Positions 52,797 to 64,000 of a stretch of DNA of 64,000 bases are shown piece after piece. The position numbers and the translations under genes are program-made. The DNA comes from Eledone cirrhosa (lineage: Eukaryota). Where the stretch lies: the NCBI GenBank assembly GCA_964016885.1, contig OZ024743.1, forward strand, positions 96,348,001-96,412,000, in the 5' to 3' direction. Numbering within the stretch: position 1 is the first letter of the stretch; each line of letters opens with the position of its first letter. The notes beneath the pieces are model-generated. The model was given only the letters and a program-made list of their open reading frames with translations, made no database searches and was not told the DNA's origin.

Positions 52797-53850
52797 TATA
52801 TAAGTTAAAACAATGAAATAAAAAATCAAGTCATTAGAGATATACTTCACTGCTTTACGATCGTTTCTAGATGATGATAATACATTGTAGCTATACTTTG
52901 TTATTGAACTATGTAAGGTTAGTTACAAAATATCAGATAAAGAGAATATTTACTTCCATGCATATCACCAGCTGTTTTCAAAAGCAATAATAATTTTATT
53001 CAGAATTAGTAGTATGTTAGTATCATGTCCTTATTTGGAGGTAGTTGAAGAACTAACGAATCAAATTGTTTTTTTCATATGGTGTTAAGATGAAAATACA
53101 CTTTATTTGAGGTCATGACCCTTTGAAAGGAATGGTTGAATGGTGTTAATAGTAGAATTGGCATAAATTGGCATAATGCTTGATAGTATTTTAGAGTGTA
53201 TCATATGCTGTATTATACTAAGTGCAATTTACCACACCGTACTATATTGTGTTGGTTAAATTGTATACTATCGCATTACTGTATTTCATTATCTTATTAT
53301 AATTTTCATCTTTTAATATACTATCTTTCCTAGCCATAACCTTAATTTATATTCACCTAAAAACTCAATACAACACTAATCACCATTTATTTTGACATTA
53401 TTTTTAACTTCACTATACCAGATACATTCAACTATCAGTTTGACAATCCCTTTCCTCCTAATAGATGTTTATGCCAAACACCCTTCAACCATTCCTTTCA
53501 AAGGGTCATGACCTCAACTAAAGTGTATTACTTTTCATCTTAACACCATATGAAAAAAAAAAACAATTTGATTCGTTAGTTCTTCAACTACCTCAAAATA
53601 AGGACATGATACTAACATACTACTAATTCTGAATAAAATTATTATTGAATAAAATTATTATTGCTTTTGAAAACAGCTGGTGATATGCATGTAAGTAAAT
53701 ATTCTCTGTATCTGATATTTTGTAACTAACCTTACATAGATCAATAACGGATTATAGCTACAATGTATTATCATCATCTAGAAACGATCGTAAAGCAGTG
53801 AAGTATATCTCTAATGACTTGATTTTTTATTTCATTATTTTAACTTATAT
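52797..53850. repeat. ~1-kb inverted-repeat structure (arms 52797-53146 and 53476-53850), probably PLE pseudo-LTR derived
   Basis: ~350-bp arms are near-identical reverse complements, each with a hammerhead-like motif. Confidence 0.85.
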
Positions 53851-54841
53851 CATGACTCTGTTTTCCTTTTAATGTTTTATTGTTTTCCGAGATTTATCAT
53901 AACCTACAACATTTTCAACATATGGATTACATCGAGTTCTTCATGCAGAATAGACCACACAAGGTCTTTGCTAAAGGTTGTGTCCATGTAGATGTGAGTA
54001 GACACAAACATCCTCACAACCCCTCCTTTCTTTACACAGTGGAACATTCAAGATGTCATGGCTGCAAGGAGAGAGGTTGTTCCAGCACTGGGTTCATATT
54101 TGAAATTTGAACTCAGTTCAGAGCACTGGAATAGAAACCATCATCGTCATCATCATTTTATGTCCATTTTTCCATGCTTGCGTTAAAAATTAAAGTATTT
54201 ACCCTCATACTACAAATTTTCACAATGACCTGTTCACTAGTAAATATACTATATCATCATCATCATCATCATCATCATTTTACGTGCACTTTTCACTGCT
54301 TGAAAGGGTGGAATGGGAACTGATTCTGGCTTGATTTCTACAGCTGGATGCCTTTCCTAACACCAACCTCATTTACAGTGAGTGCTGGGTGCTTTTTTGC
54401 CATGGCACCTACACGACCACTTTGCAGTGGAATGATAGGGACTGAGGTCCCTATCATCTCATTTCTACAGCTGAGTAAACTGGAGCAATGTGAAATAAAG
54501 TGTCTTGCTCAAGGAAACAACACATAACCCGGTCTGATATACATTTAACAAACCCATTTCTAGATATTTTCTGCTAAATCAATGCAGGATGTTAAGAGCT
54601 AACAGAGAAACCAAAATATTATGATTCTGAAATCTAATTTTGAATGTGTCCATTTATTTAGCCTTATAAGTGACAATCATATAGCACTAAATAATTGCAC
54701 TTTTTTTTTTTACAGAGATTTCTTACAATCTAGTTTATTGTTTACATTGTTACTGATAGATTGATAATGATAGATTGAGAAACAATTCGATTATTTCACA
54801 GTACCTCAGGGTAAAAACTTTCTTTTCCTTTGCTACTAATG

Positions 54842-55056
54842 TTAACCCTTTAATTGCCATACTTTCTAATGAAAGACTCTGCCTATTATTTTCATTTAAT
54901 TCTGAAAACAATCAAGAATTTGGAGGGATTTAGTAATATAACTAACTTTCTCATTATTAGACTGGTGTTTGGGATATAACTTAACAAAGGAGATAAATAT
55001 AAACACTTAAAAATAAAGCCAGGTGTGGTTTCAGGCAAATTGGTATCAAAAGGGTG
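54842..55056. mobile_element. Second, older piggyBac-like MITE family (also 57790-58040, 58400-58643, 46790-46920)
   Basis: ttaaccctt...ttggtatcaaaagg/gagttaa termini. Confidence 0.55.
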
Positions 55057-55989
55057 AAATTATAAATTCTTGTTGTTTAACCCTAGGTCAGCTTTATCTT
55101 AACAGAATTATGATTTTCACCAGCCAGTCTCAATTATCTTGTCCTATTTTTTTTTCAGCTATTGTCTATCTAGGATTATACTATTAAATGTGTACTTCTT
55201 AATTCTAAGAAGCTAGAGATAACATGAAAGATATTTAGCTTTTGATTTTTACTGTTCAAGGAGCATATAGAGGCTTTCTTTTCCTTTGTTAAATTATGTT
55301 TGTTAATAATTGTGTCTAATCATAACAATTTATTCATATCCATCTATTTGTAAATTCCATCTCTGTCTATAATATATTACATGTAAATATATGACATGAA
55401 TTATGTAGGTTTGTGGGAACTTTCAGTAGTTTCACTACTCAAGCCTATATATGTCTAACATTAAATAATGAAAATTATATAAAAGTTAATCTACATAGCT
55501 TATAACCTTGCTTGCATGTTTATCAGTAGGTCAGACCTTATATGCCTGACATTGACTATCAATGCATTTTACGGATTCCACACTTAACCTTCTTTGCATT
55601 GGTTCTACTTAGTTGTTATTCTAAACCATATTCTTGTTATCAATCCAGAAAATAGGTCATTCAGGATTTCGTTTCCAAATTGTATCCACTGTTAACTTAA
55701 ACTTTATTCCAATCTCAATATCTAGGTTGCTTTCATTTCAAACTCTAATCTTTTTCTTTAACCCTTTTGAAATCAAAATACATGAAACTACCACTTTTTT
55801 AAAGTCTTTATATTTGGCTAAAAAAACTTTTATCATAATTTAATGTAAAATTATATAATAAGGTAAAATCTGTCCAAATTTTTTATTACTTTGAAATTAT
55901 TTGATAATCATAGGTATTTCTTTTTTCATTTGAAATATGGTAATGAAAGAACTAAAAATACTCTTCACAGGAAGCAAACTTCAGACTCA

Positions 55990-56945
55990 GAATCTTTGTT
56001 GATACATATTGAGATTTATGGAATGGTAGCAGCCTGTCTGAAGAAGGAGCCCCACGAGGTTGGGTGGCTTTTGCAGCAGGTCTTGCTGGCCATTGTCCAC
56101 AGAAATATCTTTGTCATTTTGTCCATGGTGTGCAGCCGAAACACCGCTCTGACTTATGTGTAGTATCTATCATTCTCTTCCCTTTCTTTCGTTGCCTAAT
56201 AATCCTTTCTCTTCTCTCCTTTTCCTCTCATAACATTTATAGTCCTTTGCAATATTTTCTTTTTTTTATATATTTGACTAAATATTAAATTCTTTATTAT
56301 TTTTATGTAATTTTGAAATAAAATAAATTACATAAATAAAATAAATATAATATATATACATTGTCAAAAATTATGAAATGTGACTAATATTAAGAGGAGC
56401 ATACAGGTCTGTATAGCTAACCTTTTTGTTACAACATTTCTGTTAAATGACATTGCCAATATGTTTCAAATAATTTTGAAAACACTCAAGAATCTAGATA
56501 GATTAAATAATTGTTTCTACTTTTGGCACAAGGCCAGCAATTACCCAGTGTATTACTGGTACTTTATTTTATCGACCCCATAAGGAGGAAAGGCAAAGTT
56601 AACCTCGGCGGGATTTGAACTCAGAATGGCAAGGGCCGTAACTCTATGCGTCAAAGCATGGCGTCCGACCCTCTACCGATACTGCCAATCCTCCGCCCTA
56701 GATAGATTAAATAATATAACTTGAATAGGGTACACAAAATATCAGTCTTTCTCCGACAGGTTTGCGGTCGAGTCTGTAGCAGTGGAGACTTCTGGTGTCC
56801 TTAGCCCTGGGGTCACCTCCCTGCTCACCAACATTGGCACAGTTGGCTACCCACAGGTGTGAGCCTTGCAAGCTGGGATGGCTCTTCCAGCATATCTCCC
56901 TCACCATCCTCTGGAGGAAATGACTTGTTCCATTGTGTTTGGACC
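55990..56945 (+). mobile_element. Two CRE-like restriction-like-endonuclease C-terminal remnants (55990-56160 and 56745-56945)
   Basis: EPHEVGWLLQQVLLAIVHRN; VAVETSGVL...LGWLFQHISLTI (cf. AVET.G..WL.QR.S.A..RGN). Confidence 0.55.
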
Positions 56946-59318
56946 TGGTGTATATATGTATATATTTATTTACCACATCACATTGATACTTCACATACAT
57001 TTCAGTTTAAATAACCTTAAATAGAAGATAATGTCGGTCATACCGTTTATATCACCAATTATATAAAATTATAGTGGAAGATTTTTTGATAAATATAAAC
57101 ATTTAAACATTTATGTATAATAGAATTAAGAGGTTTCTGCTATGAAAAATAAGAGATTCAATTTGTAAGCATGTGGTTTGAGGTTCAGTTCCCCTGAAAG
57201 TATCTTTTATATTTTCAGTTTGAACAATGTCTTGTGAGTGAAAAGCTTGTCATGTATATTTATATATATTTGTGTGTGTGTCCATCTTTGTGTTTACATT
57301 TGCTGTTTGTTTATGTCACGTAACTCAGTCGTTTGACAAATAAAAATCAAATCAATAAAATAAGTACCAGACTCGAGAAAATAATTACTGGGGTTGATAT
57401 GATCAACTAAAATCCCTTAAAGGTGATGCTCCAGCATGGCCATGGTACTTTAACCAGTAACAGAATAAGAATAATATATATCAAGATTGGCTTTGACTAA
57501 ATTGGATTTAAAAGCTAAGATAGTTGAATGGAGAAAATGTTAATTACTTAGAAGTCAAATTGTGAATTTGAAACCTGTCTTATATTAATTATTTTATTAC
57601 ATGAATGATTGCACTTTACCTGTTATTATGTACTAATTGAGAAATTAGATATTAGAAGAAGGATAATTCAACAAAATGTTAATATCACAATTCCTTACTT
57701 ATTGCAGTGGTTCATGTTCTTTTCCTTTGATAAGCACTATTAAAATGTATTGAAACATAGTAATACAATACGCAAGCAAGCTTTAAATCTTAACCCTTTT
57801 ATTTCCATATTTCTATTGAAAGTCAGTTCTTTTAATTTTCAAATAATTTTTAAATACTCAAAATTTTTGGGGTGATTTTGTAATATAATAAACTCTTTAA
57901 TTATTAAGTTGGCATTTGAAATATAACTTTACAAACGTTCTTACATGAAATTACATTGGAAGGTTTTTAGATAAATATGTAGCTTTGTATTTTGGTGGAC
58001 GTAGAGATGGTTTGGGGCAGTTTGGTATCAAAAGAGTTAAATGTTGTTCACCTTTGTCTCAAAATGAAATTTATCTCAACAAATTTTTGTTTGTCTCATT
58101 TACAGAGATGAAAATACATTTACTCTTTTGATAAATCACCTTAAGCTTTCTTAAGATATGTTTGAAACACCAAATTAATAATGAAAAAGTTTGTAATATT
58201 ACTAAATCCATCCATCAAATTTTATTAATTTAAAAATTATTTTAAAATCATAGGCAGTGTCTTTCATTAAAAATATGGTAATGAAACGTCTAATGAAATT
58301 CATTTCATTTACAGAAATGAAAATATAACATTAACAGGTATGTTCAATGATCATATACTAACATCGTTTTCAATTCATTCTGATACAACAAAGTGTTTTA
58401 ATCCTTTTTATGCCAACTTGCCTCAAACTACCCTTAGTTCTAAGACACAAACCCACACATTTTAATGGGTTTCTATTTAAAATATATTCTTCCAATTCAA
58501 TTGTATATAAGAATGTTTTAATATGTTACAGGTAACCTCTCAATAAGGAAGTAATTAGAAATTTTAGTAAATCCCTTCAAATTCTTCATTAATTAATTGA
58601 AATGTAGTATATTTTATTTGGAATAGGGTCATGAAAAAGTTAAGGTTATGTTGCCTGCAAAAACAGGAGTTAGCCTTGCAGGTCGAATGATGGGCTTTGT
58701 ACTCTGCATGAAGGTACATTTTAAGGCAATGTCTTACAACCTGATGCCCTTCCTTGCACCAAAACTTTTAGTTACCTCTTATAACATGCAGAGATAATGT
58801 GTACCTATTCTAAGCCAAATAGAGATAGTTATCTCAATTCATTGTAATGAACTGTATTATATATTTGCAAGCTGTATACATTTTGATTCCCTATCAAAGC
58901 CCAAGGTCTTCTAGCTCATATAAAAATATACTCCATTCATGAAAAGTAAAAGAAAAAAGAATACACCAAAATAAAATAAATTATAAAATGATTTTTTTTT
59001 TACCATTATAGAGTTCACTATTTTAATGAACTAATTAATTATACCTGTACATCTGAGACTTTATTTGGTAGTTTGGCCAGAAGTCAAGGTAAAAGAAATT
59101 GGATTGCTTCTGATTATTGAGACAACTGCTTACAGTATATTAATTTATAAGCTTCATGAATACACACATGTACATATATATGTGTGTATGTATGTATGTA
59201 TGTATGTATGTATGTATGTATGTATGTATGTATGTATGTATGTATGTATGTATGTATGTATGTACATATATATGTATGTACATATATATGTATGCATGTA
59301 TGTATGTAGGTATGTATG

Positions 59319-60420
59319 TTCTTCTGGTTTTATAATTTCACAAAGTTTTACCAATAGAGAGAGAGTCGGTTTCTAACATAGACACAAGACTCTCTCATTG
59401 GAATTTACACAACATCAACTAGGTAGATATGTATGTATGTCTGCATGCATGTGTGTTTTGAGTTGTATGTGTGCATGTGTATATGCTTTGTATCTGTACA
59501 TGTGTATATGCAGTTATTAGATGCAAAACTTTTGGAATGTTTTACATATTTTTACTGTTCCATCAATGGATTGTACTTGTAATTTCCTAACTAGTTGTGT
59601 TCTTTCTGTTCCTGTGAAGCCAAGCTTCTCAAGATTTGTATTGAGGCAGTTACTAACATATCCCAGTGCCCCAATAATCACAGGCATAAATCTGAAGGTG
59701 TAATCAGGGTGGAGTATCTGCAGATTTCTCATCAATTCTGCATAAATATTCTCCTTTTCACTAATCTTTGATATTATATTGGCATCTGCTGGGCAGCTAA
59801 TTTCCACTACTGTGCATGTTTTCTTCTCCCTGTCCCATATCATAATATCTGGTCTGTTATGCCTGCATTTTATTGGGGTTTTTACTGGAACATTCCACCA
59901 GTACTCTTTCATATTATGTACATGGATGTCTTCCACATTGTTGTAGCTTTTAATGTGTTTGTTATCGGGGCTATCTTTTTTACGAACTGCATTGTACAGT
60001 ATTTTGGCCACTACATCATGCCTCATAGGTAGATAGTACCGCGATGACATCTTTGGGCAGCTGCTGATGACATGGGTGATATCCTCGATGTTAGTTCTGC
60101 AGAGTCTGCACTTGTTATCACATCTAGGTGTTTTGCCTGCATCCTTATCTCTTTTGTGAATCAGGTATTTCGTGCTAATCTCCTGTTCTTGGATTGCAAA
60201 AGCGTATCCTTCAAAGTGGGAGCCAATATAGCGGTTGTTGGTCCAAGATAGACTACTTTCCTTATCTATATTACTCTCACTGTGGAGCCTCCTGGCAACA
60301 TATCCATGCATGATTTTTTGCTGATAGGCATGCAGTTTTTCATCCATGGATTCACTGCGATACTGCTGAGCGACATCCCTGGGTGTGAGTTTTTGATTAT
60401 CACACAGGGAATATCTCTCA
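59319..60420 (-). mobile_element. Second R4/Dong-like LINE 3' fragment with uninterrupted CCHC and endonuclease reading frame
   Basis: C-terminal ~295 aa of ORF 59517-61310; highly similar to 30741-31744; same 3' junction with (TATG)n. Confidence 0.9.
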
Positions 60421-60527
60421 ATGTATGTATATTTGTAGGTATGTACATATATGTATATACATATACATATATCTGTATGTATTTGTATATATGTACATGT
60501 ATATATGTGTATATATATATATGTATG

Positions 60528-60564
<37 letters not shown>

Positions 60565-60687
60565 ATATATATATATATGTGTGTATATATATATATATGT
60601 GTGTATATATATATATATATGTGTGTATATATGTATATATATGTATATATATATATATGTATATATGTATATATATATATATGTATG

Positions 60688-60721
<34 letters not shown>

Positions 60722-61335
60722 TATGTGTATATATATATATGTATGTATATGTATATATATATATATATGTGTATATATGTATATATATATATGTATGTAT
60801 ATGTATATATGTATATATATGTATATATGTATATGTATATATATATATATGTATGTATATATGTATATATATGTATATATGTATATGTATATATATGTAT
60901 ATATGTATATGTATATATATGTATATGTATATATATGTATATATGTATATGTATATATATGTGTATATGTATATATATGTATATATGTATATGTATATAT
61001 ATGTGTATATGTATATATATGTATATATGTATATGTATATATATGTGTATATGTATATATGTGTATATATATATATGTATATATATATATGTATATATGT
61101 GTATATATGTATATATATATGTATATATGTGTAAATATGTGTATATATGTATATATATATGTATATATGTGTATATATGTATATATATATATGTATGTAT
61201 ATATATGTATATATGTGTACATATGTACATATATATATGTATGTATGTATATATATATATATATTTATATATACATATGTGTGTATGTGTCTATGCATAT
61301 GAATGTGCATACATATATATATATATATATATATA
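60420..61335. repeat. ~900-bp compound (TA)/(TG)/(TATG) microsatellite
   Basis: Directly visible. Confidence 0.95.
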
Positions 61336-64000
61336 CATCATCATCATCATTCAATATCTGCTTTCCCTGCTAGCATGGGTGTGTGTCTGTGTGTGCATGT
61401 GTGTGTGCATGTGTGTGTGTACAGTTGATAAGAATAGAGCACTCAGAAACAAATCATTAATAGTAAACTGTTAAGTAGTGTCTGTGAAAAATCCGGGCTG
61501 TTTCTAGCTATTTATTAATCATCATTGAAGACTGAGTTGGGAGAAAATGTCTAGCTATTTTATTGACAAGATTTTAGAATTGATTTGTTAAATAAGTAAG
61601 TACATTTAAAATTACTAAAGGTGTATACTAAATTGTTCAATTAGTAGATAATGACTTTACCAAATCATCATCATCATCATCATCATCTTATGTTTGTTTT
61701 CCATGCTGGTATAGTTTGGGTTGGTCATCATGGTCTGAGATAAGACATGGTCAAATAAACACATCTTGATCATGTCTTTTATATTTTAGCATTATTTCTA
61801 CTGTCAGGTGCTATTCTTCATGCCAGCCACTTTACAGAGTGTACTGGGTGTATTTTATCATTAGACCAGTACAAGAGAGATGTTGTCATGTGCTTAGCTA
61901 GACTAAAAAGAACTTTCTACTCTATATGAATGTAAAATAATATAAATAAAAGTAAAGTTACTAATGAACCATTTTGATACGAAACAGCCTGCCACTGCCT
62001 CTAGTTCTATGATAATAATAATAATAATGAAAGTATTGTGTACAGTGCTCAGCTGCACTAATTCAAAACTGTATTTCAAAGTGTCTATATTCATTTAAAT
62101 ACATTTCCTTCTAATTCTATATAAGACACAAGATTTAGAGAAACAGCTCAGCTTGTTAAATAGTATCAACATAAATACATTCACACACACACGTACACAC
62201 ACGTACACACACACGTACACACACACACACACCAGGTGCATGACAGGCTTCTACAAAATTTTACAAAATTTCACCCATGACTAAAGTAGAAGATACTTGC
62301 TCAAGATGCTATGCATTGGGACTGAAACTGATGTGACAGAGTTGTGAAATGACCTTTGTACCAACACAGTCATAGCTGACTCACTAACTACAGTTTTTAA
62401 TTGATATCCAAGGCAGTAAATTGGGAAAGTTCTAATGTATGGCAAATGCCATTAGATATTTGTTCTGACACTATGCATTCTGAGCTCAAATTCTGCCATG
62501 ATTAAATTTCCCTTAACCCTTTAGTATTTAAACCGGCTGTATCTGGCCAGAATTGTCTCACCTCTTTCTGTTCAAACTGATCGTAACTAACCACTCATAC
62601 TGATGTTAAGGTATTGTTCTCAAAATAAATAATATAAAAATCTCATAGATTCGATATTATGTGAGATAATTGTGAGATACAGCCTTTACTACAAAAATAC
62701 AATAGTAAATATAGAGCAATGTAAATGCTAAAGGGTTAAGCCAGAATTGTTAGTGTATGAGACAAGATGTTCTGTGGTATTTGGTTTGGGTTTTCGATTT
62801 CTGAGTTCTTGAGTGGTAGACTGAATCCATCACCTGGATAAATAACTCAATCTGGTTCTTAGGTGAATTTGGGCCAGGTCTCTAGTTTTATATGAATGTT
62901 TTATATGCTTCCTACCAGTCTCAGAAAGTTGTAAAAAATAAAAAGGATCATGATCGTTGTGTTTCCATCTCTGAAAAATGTTTAGATTACTTGTTGAAAC
63001 TGTTTCCCTAATGTTCACCATTCTTTTAGGAATGAGTAATAGCACCATAAATTTGGTTTTCATAAATTCTATGAATCAAATATCTATTTTTTTTTTTCAC
63101 TCTAACTTTTTTCCCATGTTTTTCTTATAAACTGCATTTTGATGCTCCTCTTTTGCTTTTGGAATTAATGAAACAACAGATGTGTTGGCAATAATTCATG
63201 TTAGGAAATTTCCCACCTGCTCTCAGCAAGTTGAGTATAAGGGATCCCTCTAATACTATCCCTCGTTAACTATGGGTTATACATAATAGAGTTACAATCT
63301 ATTTCATGATGGTTGGTAGGCCATGGTGCAGTTTAAACTTGGAATACAAAGGGCCAGAACAAATACTACAAGGCAATTTGTTTGGCACACTAATAATTAA
63401 ACTAGTCAACCATCCTAGAATGCAAAGAAACAATAAATACTGCAGAGCAGCTTATCAAATGTTATCCTACTTCTGTCAGTTTTCTGCCTTAATCTTTCTC
63501 TGCACCTTTCATCATCATCATTACTGTTTAACATCCATTTTTCCATGCTACCATGGGTTATACGGCTTGTCCATTTGAGGCAAGTTAGGTCCAGTGGCTG
63601 TGTCTTGCTCACATAGAACTGTTTCTGGCTTGGTTTCTACAGCTGGATGCACTTCTTAATGCCAATTTTTCTATATTAACTTGATATCTGGATGAGTTTA
63701 GGAAAACCAGACAATTGCATCAATTCTTGGAACAATTGTTTGAGAACATCATCTTTCTGTTTCCATGCTGGCATGAGTTGTGTGATTCATCATGGCCCAA
63801 GACAAAAAGGGTTAGATAAACATGCCTTGCTTGACCATTGTGGTAAATATGTAATTTTCAATACTTTTTAGCTAGTAGAGTTCCATGAGTGATGCAAAAA
63901 TAGCTCCTTCTTCTACAAATAGAGGGGTGGAATGGGGATGATCCTATGAAGCTGTATTATCCCTCATAGTTTGTTGATATTTATTAGTTAAAAAAAAAAG

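Noticed and set aside
59517-61310. 597-aa ORF as a novel His/Ile/Tyr-rich nuclease fusion
   Set aside because: The N-terminal half is stop-free microsatellite running into a truncated LINE endonuclease frame

Overview
AT-rich, microsatellite-laden animal genomic DNA, most likely an octopus or other coleoid cephalopod (inferred from the SINE/LINE families and (TA)n/(CA)n/(TATG)n load). The only recognisable host coding sequence is the first coding exon of an R7-family RGS gene (RGS7/RGS6/EGL-10-like, 23777-23893, +), and the rest of the window appears to be its intron. Nearly everything else is transposon-derived: RTE-group LINEs, R4/Dong-like and CRE-like restriction-endonuclease LINE pieces, several Penelope-like elements (PLEs), tRNA-derived SINEs and MITEs. 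The most striking unannotated signal is a dense set of self-cleaving ribozyme motifs read by eye. There is a twister motif whose cleavage site coincides with the 5' end of a near-full-length RTE, and at least five distinct hammerhead-like families at PLE-type ends, with non-canonical cores (U3-A8, A4, U.U at the base of stem II, or a ~105-nt stem II). There is also a locally repeated fold-back unit with two convergent Pol III-like promoters. All identifications are from motif recognition; no searches or folding programs were run.
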